Positions 40,624-50,778 of a stretch of 64,000 nucleotides of DNA are shown here, piece by piece. The notes under the pieces are model-generated. The model was given only the letters and a program-made list of their open reading frames with translations, was not told where the DNA came from and ran no database searches. Position numbers and translations under genes: made by a program. Position 1 is the first letter of the stretch, and each line of letters begins with the position of its first letter. This DNA comes from Candidatus Multivoradales bacterium (lineage in GTDB: Bacteria > Acidobacteriota > Thermoanaerobaculia > Multivoradales > JAHEKO01), in assembly GCA_965223855.1 (NCBI GenBank), contig CBDCXM010000008.1:640001-704000 (forward strand), given 5' to 3'.

Positions 40624-41631
40624 TCACCTTTCCCGGCCAGAGGCGGCCAGATCCTCGGAGATCGGGAGCCCTTCGCCTGAACGCGAGGCCAACGACCTGC
40701 GATCGCGATAGAGAAGCTCTTCCAAGTAGAGGCGGTGACGGTTCATCATGTCCCCGAGGATGCCGATCTGCGCCACGCCTAGCGCGCAAAGAGCGGCCAG
40801 GCCCGAGAAGGCGCCCAACCACTTGTGGGGGCTGAATGAGCCGGTGTTGACGTAGTGGAGCAGCAGGACCGACCCCGCGAAAAGACTCACACCGGCGAGA
40901 ATTGCGGAGAGTCCCAGAAAGAACTTGAGGGGGCGGTAGTCCCGATAGCTTCGGAGGATGATCCTGAGCGTCTGACTGGCGTAGTTGGTAAGACTCCTCG
41001 CTACGCGACTCCGGCCGTATTCGCGCTGACCGCGAATCGGGATCGCGATCTCGATCATTCGCAGCCTTTGAGCGCTCAAGCAAAGAATCGCCTCCTGGGT
41101 ATAGGTGAACTCGCCGAGCAGGTACAACCGCCAGAGGGCTTGCGGCCCGTAGCACCTCATGCCGCAGGAGACGTCGAACATCCTCTGTCCGATGATCTGC
41201 GAGACCAGCCAGCTCATCACCCTGTTCCCCAGGCGCTTCGTCCAAGGCACCTCCGAGGCAGAGGATGGTGGCTTGAAGCGAGAAGCGGTGGCGAAGTCGG
41301 CTCTGCCGGTCAACACCGGCTTGACCAGCCGAGGCAGATGCGATGGATCGAACTGTCCATCGCCGTCGAGCGTCACCAGGACATCGGTGCCGCTGTCCAC
41401 CGCAAAGCGCAGGGCGGTGTGGAAAGCACCTCCGACACCCGTCGTCCTGCTGTGCGAGATGACCGTTGCGCCGGCGCTTCGCGCAACGTCGGCGGTGTCA
41501 TCGGTGCTGCCGTCGTCAACGACCACAACCTCGGCAACCGGAACGCCCAAGATCTTCCTGGGCAGCGAGCTGATGACCTCCCCGATTGTGCGTTGCTCGT
41601 TCAACGCAGGAATCGCCGCTATTAGGCGCAT
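40624..41631 (-). CDS. GT2 glycosyltransferase (polyprenol-phosphate sugar synthase-like)
   Basis: IPALNE, VVDDGSTD, LDGDGQF motifs; two C-terminal TMs. Confidence 0.88.
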   Translation of the reverse strand: MRLIAAIPALNEQRTIGEVISSLPRKILGVPVAEVVVVDDGSTDDTADVARSAGATVISHSRTTGVGGAFHTALRFAVDSGTDVLVTLDGDGQFDPSHLPRLVKPVLTGRADFATASRFKPPSSASEVPWTKRLGNRVMSWLVSQIIGQRMFDVSCGMRCYGPQALWRLYLLGEFTYTQEAILCLSAQRLRMIEIAIPIRGQREYGRSRVARSLTNYASQTLRIILRSYRDYRPLKFFLGLSAILAGVSLFAGSVLLLHYVNTGSFSPHKWLGAFSGLAALCALGVAQIGILGDMMNRHRLYLEELLYRDRRSLASRSGEGLPISEDLAASGRER

Positions 41632-41878
41632 GAAACCTCCAGCCCTGCGGGGCTGCTGGGTCCCGGGGTGCGAGAGCCGAAAGCGCACCCCCGAAACTCC
41701 GGGCACTGCCAAAGTTCCTGCATCGCCACCCTATGGAGGCCGCGCAAAGCGGGTCGGTTGAATCTCAGCGCCCCGTGGGACCCGCAGACTCGAACAGATG
41801 CTGAGCCGGTCGGCACGGCAAAACCGCGACCTTCCGTGAGAGCAGCGCAGACGTCTAGCGCCAGACAATCGAAATGCC

Positions 41879-42835
41879 GTGGTAGGACGACGTCCCAACT
41901 TCTTTCTGGTCGGCGCGATCAAGTCCGGGACGACCTCGATGCACCGATTCCTGGGCCGGCACCCCGACATCTACATGTCACCCCGGAAGGAACCCACCTT
42001 CTTCGGCTCGGACCTCAGCGCCCGAGGGTTCGTTCGAGACGAAAGAGAGTACCTTCGTCTGTTCGAAGGAGCGACTTGCGAGAAGGTGGTCGGCGAGGCG
42101 TCCCCCTGGTACCTGTTCTCACGGCGAGCAGCCTACGAGATTCGGCAGTTCGAGCCGGCCGCCAGGATCCTGATCCTGCTGCGGAACCCCGTCGACGTCA
42201 TGTACGCCGCTCACGGTCAGCAGGTCTACAACCTCAACGAGCCGCTAGCCTGCTTCAGAGCAGCGCTAGCCGCCGAGCGCACGCGGAAGGCCCTACTTGG
42301 CTCTCCTTCCGACAGCAGCTACCTCCCCGAGGGGCTGCTGTACCGCGAGGTTGTTCACTTCTCCGAGCAAGTAGCTCGCTACTTCGATGCATTCTCGAGG
42401 AGCCAGGTCTTGGTCGTCCGCTTCGACGAAGTCGTCAGCACCCCGGAGCCGACTCTCCGCAGGGTTCTGCGTTTCCTCGACGTGGACTCGCAACATGCTC
42501 GAACGAGCTTTCCGGTCGCGAACGCTCGCAAGCGACTGAGGAGCCCGTGGCTTCAACGCCAGTTGAACAACCCTCCGCCCGGGTTGGCCAGCACCCTCAG
42601 ACAACTGCTCAGCCGACGCCTGAGAAGAGGACTCGCCGGCCTGCTGAGATGGCTGAACACTCGAGCCGGTCGTCCGCCTCTGGAAACTCCTACCCGACAC
42701 GAACTGCTTCGAGAGTTCTCTGCCGAGATCGACAGACTCGCATCGCTGACCGGCATAGATCTTGGAGATTGGGGCCATGAGTCCATGCACCGCCCCTCGA
42801 CAGGCTCCGCGGGACGCGGAACGGGTTCGGTTTGA
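41879..42835 (+). CDS. Sulfotransferase
   Basis: PNFFLVGAIKSGTTS (5'-PSB), KEPTFF, GEASPWY, LLRNPVD (3'-PB). Confidence 0.9.
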   Translation: MVGRRPNFFLVGAIKSGTTSMHRFLGRHPDIYMSPRKEPTFFGSDLSARGFVRDEREYLRLFEGATCEKVVGEASPWYLFSRRAAYEIRQFEPAARILILLRNPVDVMYAAHGQQVYNLNEPLACFRAALAAERTRKALLGSPSDSSYLPEGLLYREVVHFSEQVARYFDAFSRSQVLVVRFDEVVSTPEPTLRRVLRFLDVDSQHARTSFPVANARKRLRSPWLQRQLNNPPPGLASTLRQLLSRRLRRGLAGLLRWLNTRAGRPPLETPTRHELLREFSAEIDRLASLTGIDLGDWGHESMHRPSTGSAGRGTGSV

Positions 42836-43890
42836 ACACTCCGCATCGGCGTACTGTCGCCGTCTTCTCGAGGAGAGGCACGCCGAAGAGCGTCGAGATC
42901 TATGCTGACCAGATCTGTCGCCACCTCGAGGCCATGAACTGGAAGATTCTCGGTCTTTCAGCCGACCGGGGAGTGCCGGAAGAAGCCGACCTCGCCTGGT
43001 TTCCCGGTTCAACCGGGGCGTTGCTGCCACCCCTCAGGATGCTCTGCAGCTCCAGGCCTCGAATCGTGACCCTTCACGGCGCCGCGCCCCTGACCCTTGC
43101 CGCCCGCGAGTGTTTCCCGAACTCCCGGAAGCTGGCGGCCGGCATCATCCGCCACGAGGTTCGCCGCCTCGTGTGGCGCCTCCCGCGCCTCAGAGCCACT
43201 CGGGTGATCACCGTGTCGAACTTTGCCAGGCAAGAGCTGGTCGAAGCCCTGAGTCTGCCGAGGGAGCACATTTCCCCGATCTATCACGGCATCGACAGGC
43301 GAGTCTTCTACCCGAGCCTCTCCCACAACCCTGAGCAACCGTACTTTCTGCATGTGAGTACCTACCAGCCGCTGAAGAACCTGGAACGGCTCGTTGAAGC
43401 ACACCAGACCTGCCAATTCACCAAGCCGGTCAAGCTTCTGCTGATTGCATCGGGCCTTCCCAGGTCCCTTGTCGCCGGCACGACCGACGTCGAGTACATC
43501 GATGAGAGTCTCTCGCAGGAACGACTTGCCCACTACTACCGCTCAGCGGTCGCCTTCGTGTTCCCTTCTCTGCGTGAGAGCTTCGGCATGCCCCTGCTCG
43601 AAGCGATGGCCAGTGGATGCCCGGTCCTGACGTCGCGCGGCTCCGGCTGCGAGGAGGTTGTCGGCGGAGCCGCGACGCTCGTCGATCCTCGCTCGATACC
43701 GGAGATTCGTGCCGGCCTGCTGCGCCTCGCGCGCTCGAGGACCTACAGATCGAGCCTTGCGGCCAAGGGTATCTCGAGGGCTGTGAAGTTTTCTTGGAGG
43801 CGAAGCGCTTCCCAACACAGCGAGTTGTTCTCTCAGCTCGTTGATCGGGGGGCGGACCGTCAAGGCTACAGGGACCGAAGCCGCTCGTAG
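42832..43890 (+). CDS. GT4 glycosyltransferase
   Basis: KNLERL and FVFPSLRESFGMPLLEAMASGCPV motifs. Confidence 0.88.
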   Translation: MNTPHRRTVAVFSRRGTPKSVEIYADQICRHLEAMNWKILGLSADRGVPEEADLAWFPGSTGALLPPLRMLCSSRPRIVTLHGAAPLTLAARECFPNSRKLAAGIIRHEVRRLVWRLPRLRATRVITVSNFARQELVEALSLPREHISPIYHGIDRRVFYPSLSHNPEQPYFLHVSTYQPLKNLERLVEAHQTCQFTKPVKLLLIASGLPRSLVAGTTDVEYIDESLSQERLAHYYRSAVAFVFPSLRESFGMPLLEAMASGCPVLTSRGSGCEEVVGGAATLVDPRSIPEIRAGLLRLARSRTYRSSLAAKGISRAVKFSWRRSASQHSELFSQLVDRGADRQGYRDRSRS

Positions 43891-44657
43891 CCAAACCGGC
43901 TCATCACGTCTCCGTCGAGCTGCTCATTGACCAGCGCGACAGTCTCGCGATCGAGTGCGTTGCGCCACTGTTCGGTCAGAGTACGTTGACGATAGTTCGC
44001 GTAGGTCGCGTGATCGCCCTTCGTGGACTCCTCCACGTTGACGAAGTCGACCCTCCTTGGCTCGATGGCGAGCGACGAACAGAGATCCGACAACGTTGCA
44101 CGAGGGTTCAGCACCAGATCTTCGTAGCGGACATGGCGCGTCGGAACGCCTCCCGCGAGTTCGAGGTAGCTCTTGTTCTTGGCATTCCAGATCTCTATTG
44201 GAGTTCTTGATGTGAGCCTGCACAATCCCTCTCGGCGAGGCGTTTCGAAGGGCCTCAATGCAAACTTGAAGAGGTCTGTACGCGGCGCCGACAGCGAGGC
44301 GTAGGGTCTATGGAAGAGCGAGAGCAGCCAGGAGTATGGGTTCTTCGTCAGCGTGACGAATCGAAGGCCTGGAGAGCAGGCGCTGCTGGCCCGGACGAAC
44401 GCGACCGGTGGCGCCGCTGCATGCTTCCACCCCAGCGTGCGTCTGCGCGTCATCAGGTCATAGGCGTCCTTGAGAGATTCATGGCCCGGCATGAGTCGCT
44501 GCAGCGAAGCGACCCAGGCTGGGACCACACCGGGCAGGAGCGAGATATCCAGGTTCAGTTCGACGAGACGAGTCAGGTAGTTGGTGCCGGTGTTGCGGTC
44601 ACCATAGAGCTTCAGCACCCCGCTCCCGCGGTCTCGGCCGGTCTTCAGGACGCTCAA
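43866..44657 (-). CDS. Sulfotransferase-fold protein
   Basis: YGDRNTGTNYL P-loop-like, LGWKH, TKNPYSWLLS, VRYEDL, VMSRFGY. Confidence 0.65.
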   Translation of the reverse strand: MSVLKTGRDRGSGVLKLYGDRNTGTNYLTRLVELNLDISLLPGVVPAWVASLQRLMPGHESLKDAYDLMTRRRTLGWKHAAAPPVAFVRASSACSPGLRFVTLTKNPYSWLLSLFHRPYASLSAPRTDLFKFALRPFETPRREGLCRLTSRTPIEIWNAKNKSYLELAGGVPTRHVRYEDLVLNPRATLSDLCSSLAIEPRRVDFVNVEESTKGDHATYANYRQRTLTEQWRNALDRETVALVNEQLDGDVMSRFGYERLRSL

Positions 44658-45478
44658 TAGCCCAGCCTTCGGACGATCTCGACCCCTCTTGTGGTTTCGT
44701 AGAAGCTCGACAGCAACGGACTTCGGCGGTACGCGAGCGCCCGACTCCCGTCGACACTCGAAGCTACCTCCTCGAGTACTCCCTTCCGGGGCCGAAGACC
44801 TGCGAACTCGGCAACCCGGCCGAGTGCGTCGAGAGCATCCGTCGTCACCTCTTCGAAACGCACCGTCAACATCTGGTGCCCGACATTCGCCGCGACAAGA
44901 TCTGCCTGCTCCTCGTAGCAGCGCCAGAGCTGGAAGCCTTGCTCGAGGTCCCGACGCACTCCGGCGGGCGCCCGCGAATCGCCGAACAGCTCATCCTCGG
45001 TGCGGCGACGGCCGGTTGATCGTTGTCGCACCACGAGACTGGCCGCCACATCCACCGGATGGCGATGGATCCGAACGAGACGCGCATTCCCGAACAGCTT
45101 CAGCCACAAGCTAATCGTGAACGTGTTGCGAGGGTCCTTCCACCCCCAAGGCATCGCGAGAGTGTCGAGGCCGCGCTCGCGCAGCCATCTTCCGGGGCCC
45201 AGGTAGCTCAGGCAACCCATGCCCCGAAGTCGGTCGCCAAGCGTGCTCGCCATTCGGCATCGCTGTCTAGCAGAGAGCTCGCGGAAAGCACTCGGGCGAT
45301 CCCATGATGCACCTGCGCGCTGGAGCGCCCAGTCATTGAGACGGCGGAAGAAGACAGCCTCGCAGTGAGCGTCGAGTCGGTAGCCCACGAACAAACCGCA
45401 GTCTCGGAGAGCCTGGGCAAGAAGGGTCGTGCCCGAGCGATGCATTCCGAGCAAGATGACCGGGGGACGTCCCGTCAC
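44654..45478 (-). CDS. Sulfotransferase family protein
   Basis: LGMHRSGTT, WGWKDPR and HRHPVDVAASL motifs. Confidence 0.85.
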   Translation of the reverse strand: MTGRPPVILLGMHRSGTTLLAQALRDCGLFVGYRLDAHCEAVFFRRLNDWALQRAGASWDRPSAFRELSARQRCRMASTLGDRLRGMGCLSYLGPGRWLRERGLDTLAMPWGWKDPRNTFTISLWLKLFGNARLVRIHRHPVDVAASLVVRQRSTGRRRTEDELFGDSRAPAGVRRDLEQGFQLWRCYEEQADLVAANVGHQMLTVRFEEVTTDALDALGRVAEFAGLRPRKGVLEEVASSVDGSRALAYRRSPLLSSFYETTRGVEIVRRLGY

Positions 45479-45479
45479 G

Positions 45480-46367
45480 CTATAGCCGCCTTGCCGTCAA
45501 GCCGTCGAACGCGCCGCGCACAAACGCACCAAAACGCCCGTAGCCTAGGAACATCAGGACTGCCGGCGCCTTGACCAGGAATGTGAATACGGAATAGAGG
45601 ACTCGCGGTACCGGCGGAGACCAGGCTCTCAGAAAGAGCATTCTTCCCCTCGATGCATAGTAGACCTGCTTGCAGGTTCCGCGGCCGACGGAACTCGACT
45701 CCCGGTGGACGACTCGGGCGCCCGGAACGAAGGCCGCGATGTGGCCCGCTGCGATGACCCGCTGCACGAAATCTGCGTCCTCGAAGTAGAGGAAATAGGC
45801 CGTGTCGAAGAGGCCCACTCTCTCGAAGATCTCGGCCCTTATTAGGAGCGCGCAGCCCGAAGCGAACGGCGTCGGGAACCACTCACGGCAGGCTGGAAGG
45901 CGAAGCTTCCTGACGTGTCGCGGCCCCCCTAGCCACCAGTTCATCCTGCCTCCGGCAAACAGGGGCGTCCTGCCGTCCAGACTCAGTAGCGTGGGTGCGG
46001 CGATCGCAACCGAGGGCTCTCTCTCGAGAACTCTCCGGAGGGCCGCAGCAAAGTCATGGGGCGCGGTGGTATCCGGGTTGAGAAGTAGCACATAGCTGAC
46101 CCTGAGTGCGAGGAGGTACTCGATGCCAAGATTGCATCCCCCAGCGAAGCCGAGGTTCTCCTGAGGCCGCAGGGTCGATATCTCGGGATAGCACTCATCC
46201 ACTCGGGACGTCTCCGGAACTGGGCTGTTGTCAACGACGACCACTCTCGAGAGGTCTACGAATGGAGCGATGCTCTCCAAGCAGCCCATCAGAAGCCCTG
46301 CTGACTGGTAGTTGACGATCACGACGCCCAGGTCTGCCGATCCCTCAAGGTTCGGTTGGCCTGGCAC
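45480..46367 (-). CDS. GT2 glycosyltransferase (start approximate)
   Basis: VIVNY, VVDN, NLGFAGGCN, LLNPD and FLYFEDAD motifs. Confidence 0.88.
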   Translation of the reverse strand: MPGQPNLEGSADLGVVIVNYQSAGLLMGCLESIAPFVDLSRVVVVDNSPVPETSRVDECYPEISTLRPQENLGFAGGCNLGIEYLLALRVSYVLLLNPDTTAPHDFAAALRRVLEREPSVAIAAPTLLSLDGRTPLFAGGRMNWWLGGPRHVRKLRLPACREWFPTPFASGCALLIRAEIFERVGLFDTAYFLYFEDADFVQRVIAAGHIAAFVPGARVVHRESSSVGRGTCKQVYYASRGRMLFLRAWSPPVPRVLYSVFTFLVKAPAVLMFLGYGRFGAFVRGAFDGLTARRL

Positions 46368-47523
46368 CCGCGAGCTCCTCCTCAAAGACCTCGACGTACT
46401 GTCGGGCGATCCGCTCCCATGCGAACTTGCTCTCCGCCTTGTCACGAGCTCGCCGACGAATCGATTCGAAGCACTTCGGAGCCTTGAAGATCGCCTTCAT
46501 CCGAGCTGCAAGCTTCTCGTCGTCACCGTACCGAACGAGGAATCCGTCCTGACCGTCCGAAATCACTTCGTCCAGGCCCGACCCACGCGTGCCGATCACG
46601 AGACCGCCACTCGCAAGACCCTCCACAGCGGCAAGGCCCAGCCCTTCGAAAACCGAAGGCACTACCTGAATCTCGCAGCGATTCATCCACTCACAGAGTT
46701 CCTGGTCACCGAGCCCACCAAGAAAGACGACGTGCTCCCTGAGCTCATGGCGTGTCAGGAAACGGGCAAGCCGACGATCGATTCGACCAACAGCTCCCAC
46801 GACGAAGAGCCTGGCCGAAGAGAGCTCGTCCCTGACGCGCCGGAAGGCTCGCAGCAAGAACGAGAAGCCCTTCCGCCGATCCAGGCGGCCTACGAAGAGG
46901 ACCGAGGCATGGATGCGGTCCAGACCCAGGGGCCGAAATCTCTCGACGTCAACGCCTCCGGTGACCACTCGCACCTTTTCGGCATCGACACCGTAGCGAC
47001 GCGTGAGTTCCCTTCCGGTGGCGCTGGAGATTGCGAGGAGAGCTCTGGCCGAGGCGTAGCCCCGTCGCTCCAAAGAGACGAGCCACCTCTTCCATCGCTG
47101 GGCACCGACTAGCTCTGCTTGCGCAGCGTATGTGTGATTCGCGTAGAAGATGACCGGCGCGGTGGGCCTGAAGGCGAGGAGAACTCCTCCGGGGCCACCG
47201 TTCAGGACAACGAGATCCAACCGGTGCCGCTTGACGAGGCGGCCCAGAACAAGGTTCAAGAGTACGGAGAACAGCAGCTGAGACACTGCCGCCCGCCCGA
47301 GGAAGGCAAGTGTCGGCACGTGGCTTGAGATCGGGAGGCGATGCGGGGAGAAGGCGAGGAGCTCGAAGTCCCGACGCTCTCTCAGTCGGTCGTGAAGCTC
47401 CGAGAAGTTCCTGCCCTGCCCTCCCTCAGTGGCGAGGAACGAGAACGTGAACAGTCCGATCCTCGGCCTCGGGGTTCTTCCATCCCCAGACCCGGCGCCT
47501 GACCCGACCGAGCGGCTATTCAC
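46345..47523 (-). CDS. GT4 glycosyltransferase (start approximate)
   Basis: LFVGRLDRRKG and VPSVFEGLGLAAVEGLASG motifs. Confidence 0.85.
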   Translation of the reverse strand: MNSRSVGSGAGSGDGRTPRPRIGLFTFSFLATEGGQGRNFSELHDRLRERRDFELLAFSPHRLPISSHVPTLAFLGRAAVSQLLFSVLLNLVLGRLVKRHRLDLVVLNGGPGGVLLAFRPTAPVIFYANHTYAAQAELVGAQRWKRWLVSLERRGYASARALLAISSATGRELTRRYGVDAEKVRVVTGGVDVERFRPLGLDRIHASVLFVGRLDRRKGFSFLLRAFRRVRDELSSARLFVVGAVGRIDRRLARFLTRHELREHVVFLGGLGDQELCEWMNRCEIQVVPSVFEGLGLAAVEGLASGGLVIGTRGSGLDEVISDGQDGFLVRYGDDEKLAARMKAIFKAPKCFESIRRRARDKAESKFAWERIARQYVEVFEEELAGARPTEP

Positions 47524-47566
47524 GCGACCTCTATGGCGCGCAGGGCACTGAGCTGCTGGCTCGAGC

Positions 47567-49576
47567 TTGCGGCGTTGCCAGACGCACGCATCTCGATGGC
47601 AGCTTCGATCAGCAGAGCTACCCGGAGCGAATCCCTCGGCACATGAGGTACGCGTGAGAGACGCGAGTTCAGAGTCAACGGCGACCGCCGCCAACGCGAC
47701 GAGCTCCAGGCCGAGGCTCTCGGTTCCCGCGCCATCAGCAGGTGCCGGCTTGGCCCACCGTCCGTCCTTCATTCGGCTACTGCATCCGACCAAGCTTGCC
47801 GTGCTGGCTCTTGTCGTCGCCCTCGCCGCTCTAGCCCGCTTCCACGGGCTTGAGGAGAGGGGAACCGACGGTAGCGACACCATCTACTACACAAACCTCG
47901 CTCTTTCGTGGGCCGAGGGAAGCCGGACCGTCGCCGTTCCCGGGCAGCAGCCCGTCCATCGCCCGGCCCTGCTGCTCACCTTCGCCGCCGCCATCCACCT
48001 GCTCGGCTTCGAAGACTCCTCAATCAAGACCGTCGTCGCCGCATTCGACACAGCAAACGTCCTTCTCGTCTTTGTGCTCGCGCTGAGCATCTGCAGGAAC
48101 TTCTGGACCGCCCTGGTGCCGACCGCCCTCTACGCCAGCCTTCCGATAGCCATCATGATGGCGCGGCTCGAGCTCGCCCACGCTGTTTCGACCACACCGG
48201 TCCTGGTAGCCACCCTGCTCTTCCTCGCCAGCTTCCGAGTGGGGAAGCCTGCATGGATGGGAGTTGCTCTGTGCGGCGCATCGGGCGTTGGGTTGGGTTG
48301 GGCGGCGCTGTGCCACGAGGATCTTCTGTTCGCAGCCGCGGGGCTGGGCCTCTATGCCCTGTTCGCCAGCTCATCCCCTCTTGGCGCCTGGGCTCGACCT
48401 GCGAGGGAAGCCGCAAGTCTGAGAATTCTCGCCCTTCTTGTCGGTCTCGTCGTTACTGCCTACAACCCCATCGAACGCGGCTTCGTCCGCGTCGTTCGCC
48501 CGGCTCGCCTCGTGGAGAGCTCGACGTCTACGGAGGCCTTCTTTCAGTGGCTGCAGGCTCTGGTGGACTACACCGAGCGACTCTCCAGATTCCTGTGGAA
48601 CGCCACGCTCGCGACAACTTCCTCTGTCGTCGTCGGCGCCGTTGGCCTGATTTCGGCTCTGTTGATCCTGAGGTACTGCTTCCGCCTCTACGGCCGCAGA
48701 GGACCCTCGACGCCCTGTGAGTACCATTTGCCCATCTTCGTCGTCGTCGGATACATGGCTGCCTACTGTCTGACGCTCGACTTCTTCCTCTCCCGCGTGT
48801 TTCTTCCGCTAGTGCCACTCCTCTTGATCTGGATCTCGGCGTGGACACACGAACTCAGCCGTTGCCTGGGCACGCGACTTTCGGCGCTGCTTCTGATCGC
48901 GCTCACCGCCGGCGCCGGCGTTTCCAACCTCCACGCGTTCTCAAGAACGACAAATCTCCTTCATCGCACTTCACTGGACGCATGGATCCCCCTTCTAGGC
49001 CCCGAAGCAGGTCTCGCAACCGGTGCACGACTCTTCAAGTCGTTCGTCTACAACACGGTTCCACCCAGGCAGCTCTTCGACGCGCTGGCGGATCGAGTCA
49101 ACTCAGAGGCGAAGGTCCTCATCACCCCGAGCATCCTGCTGCCTTATCCAGGGAGGAGGGTCTTCCAACTCGGGTACTACTTCGGGGACAACGCCGTCTA
49201 TGTGATCGATCATGAAGAGCCGATACATGAGCTGATCGCTCGGAAGAACATCCGCTTCGTCCTCTTCTCGTCACTGGGGCATCGACCGAGCTTCATGTCC
49301 AAGCACTTCTTCACGCGGTACGAGTACGACGAGCGTTGGAATCGTCGACAGCGCCTTCGCCTTGGTCGGAGCTACGGCTTCGCGAGCCGGAACTACAGCG
49401 TGGACCAGGAATATGCGTACTTGAGACACTTCGTGCTCTCAGTCGGTGGGCGTGTCGTGCACCTCAACGGTAGAGCAACTCCGCCGACTCGGCCTGCACC
49501 AGAGACACCGCCGTGGACGATCGTATTCGAACTCCCTCAGGTCCCGGCACTCGAGGGTGCGCGCGACCCACGCTAG
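47567..49576 (+). CDS. ArnT/PMT-like GT-C membrane glycosyltransferase (true start probably ~47750)
   Basis: ARFHGL…DTIYY loop, HRP, many TMs, RVFLPLVP. Confidence 0.7.
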   Translation: MRRCQTHASRWQLRSAELPGANPSAHEVRVRDASSESTATAANATSSRPRLSVPAPSAGAGLAHRPSFIRLLHPTKLAVLALVVALAALARFHGLEERGTDGSDTIYYTNLALSWAEGSRTVAVPGQQPVHRPALLLTFAAAIHLLGFEDSSIKTVVAAFDTANVLLVFVLALSICRNFWTALVPTALYASLPIAIMMARLELAHAVSTTPVLVATLLFLASFRVGKPAWMGVALCGASGVGLGWAALCHEDLLFAAAGLGLYALFASSSPLGAWARPAREAASLRILALLVGLVVTAYNPIERGFVRVVRPARLVESSTSTEAFFQWLQALVDYTERLSRFLWNATLATTSSVVVGAVGLISALLILRYCFRLYGRRGPSTPCEYHLPIFVVVGYMAAYCLTLDFFLSRVFLPLVPLLLIWISAWTHELSRCLGTRLSALLLIALTAGAGVSNLHAFSRTTNLLHRTSLDAWIPLLGPEAGLATGARLFKSFVYNTVPPRQLFDALADRVNSEAKVLITPSILLPYPGRRVFQLGYYFGDNAVYVIDHEEPIHELIARKNIRFVLFSSLGHRPSFMSKHFFTRYEYDERWNRRQRLRLGRSYGFASRNYSVDQEYAYLRHFVLSVGGRVVHLNGRATPPTRPAPETPPWTIVFELPQVPALEGARDPR

Positions 49577-49768
49577 GGCTCGCTTCTACAACCGGAAGCT
49601 CTGCCTGCGAGCCTCGATCGCTACGGTCGAGGCGGCGCCAAGCGGCTCCTCCCCATCGACGAAATTTGACGGGGACCGAGGTACCCCGCTGGAGCTGCGA
49701 GCCTGGTGGGTGCGAGGGGCGTTCCACACACCACTGGCGTCGCTGCCCCAGATTCTCACAGTGGGCCC

Positions 49769-49798
49769 TGAGACCTCCAGGAGCAACGTTGCGCGTCC
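49769..49798 (+). promoter_or_regulatory. Putative ECF promoter
   Basis: TGAGAC-ctccaggagcaacgttg(17)-CGCGTCC upstream of metzincin lipoprotein/OMP pair. Confidence 0.62.
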
Positions 49799-49889
49799 TC
49801 TTCTAGGGCGGCAGGGGATCGTGCGCCCGCCTTCCTGTTGAATCGAACCCCGCGCACCGAGGCATTCAACTCACCCACCACGTACCCCG

Positions 49890-50741
49890 ATGTACCCCGA
49901 GCGAACGACCTCTGAGCCGACCACCAGCCGCATCAGCGAACTACCCAGCCTTCCGCATTCCGATTGCGGCGTGGCCGCAACCACTTTCGGGCCCAGACGG
50001 ACCCAGCAGCTACGAGCTTCCGTCAGGGCCAGCGTCGTGGGAGCCCTGGTACTCCTGCTCCTGGCATGCTCCTCGTCCACCCCGAGCGAACCTCCCCCTC
50101 CTGATGAGCCGACGGCAGAGGAGATTCTGGAAGCTCTGTTCTTGGGTACGGGGGCGGCTGCGGCCAGCACCTGCCCTCATCCCGTCGGTCAATGGAACAC
50201 CTACCAGCGTGGAGCGACGGTGGTACTTCGAATCGCGCCGTCCGTGGGCCCAGCCGACCGAGCGGTCCTCGAAGAACAAATCGCAGTCCTCAACGGAGCA
50301 TTGATGGGGACCCTCAATCTGATCACTCAGAGCACGACGGACCCGGATCCTCGCCCGGGACCGCTCGAGATCACGACTGCGGACTTCCCGTTCGAGGAGC
50401 TGCAAGCTCGCTGCGGAGGCGGGCTGTCCCGCAACGGGTGCATCCTTTGCGACGCCTCCACCTATCCCCTCCTATCCTCATGCCGGCTCTACCAGAACCC
50501 GGAGGCCAATGCGCGTCCGGGCACGATTCATGTCCACGAACTCGGCCACGCCATCGGCCTGTGCCATCTTGCCGGGGAGAGACTTCCCAACGCGGTGATG
50601 GCCTCTCCCAATCGATCGACCTCCAACAGTTTCACCGAGGCCGAGCTGCAGGCGATTCAGCTCGTCTTCGCCAATCCAGCGTTGGAGGCAGGTTCCACGA
50701 GAGCCGACTTCGTCTCAGCCGGCCTCCTCTCGCCCCTCTGA
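49890..50741 (+). CDS. Metzincin (matrixin-like) metalloprotease lipoprotein (start uncertain)
   Basis: Lipobox LLLAC; HELGHAIGLCH and Met-turn AVM. Confidence 0.8.
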   Translation: MYPERTTSEPTTSRISELPSLPHSDCGVAATTFGPRRTQQLRASVRASVVGALVLLLLACSSSTPSEPPPPDEPTAEEILEALFLGTGAAAASTCPHPVGQWNTYQRGATVVLRIAPSVGPADRAVLEEQIAVLNGALMGTLNLITQSTTDPDPRPGPLEITTADFPFEELQARCGGGLSRNGCILCDASTYPLLSSCRLYQNPEANARPGTIHVHELGHAIGLCHLAGERLPNAVMASPNRSTSNSFTEAELQAIQLVFANPALEAGSTRADFVSAGLLSPL

Positions 50742-50778
50742 CTTCAATCGACCTCCCCCCCACTCAGGAGAGACAACG

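Noticed and set aside
41655-41705. Hairpin GGGGTGCG…CGCACCCC between divergent GT2 and sulfotransferase genes
   Set aside because: Isolated stem with no second copy seen and no assignable function.
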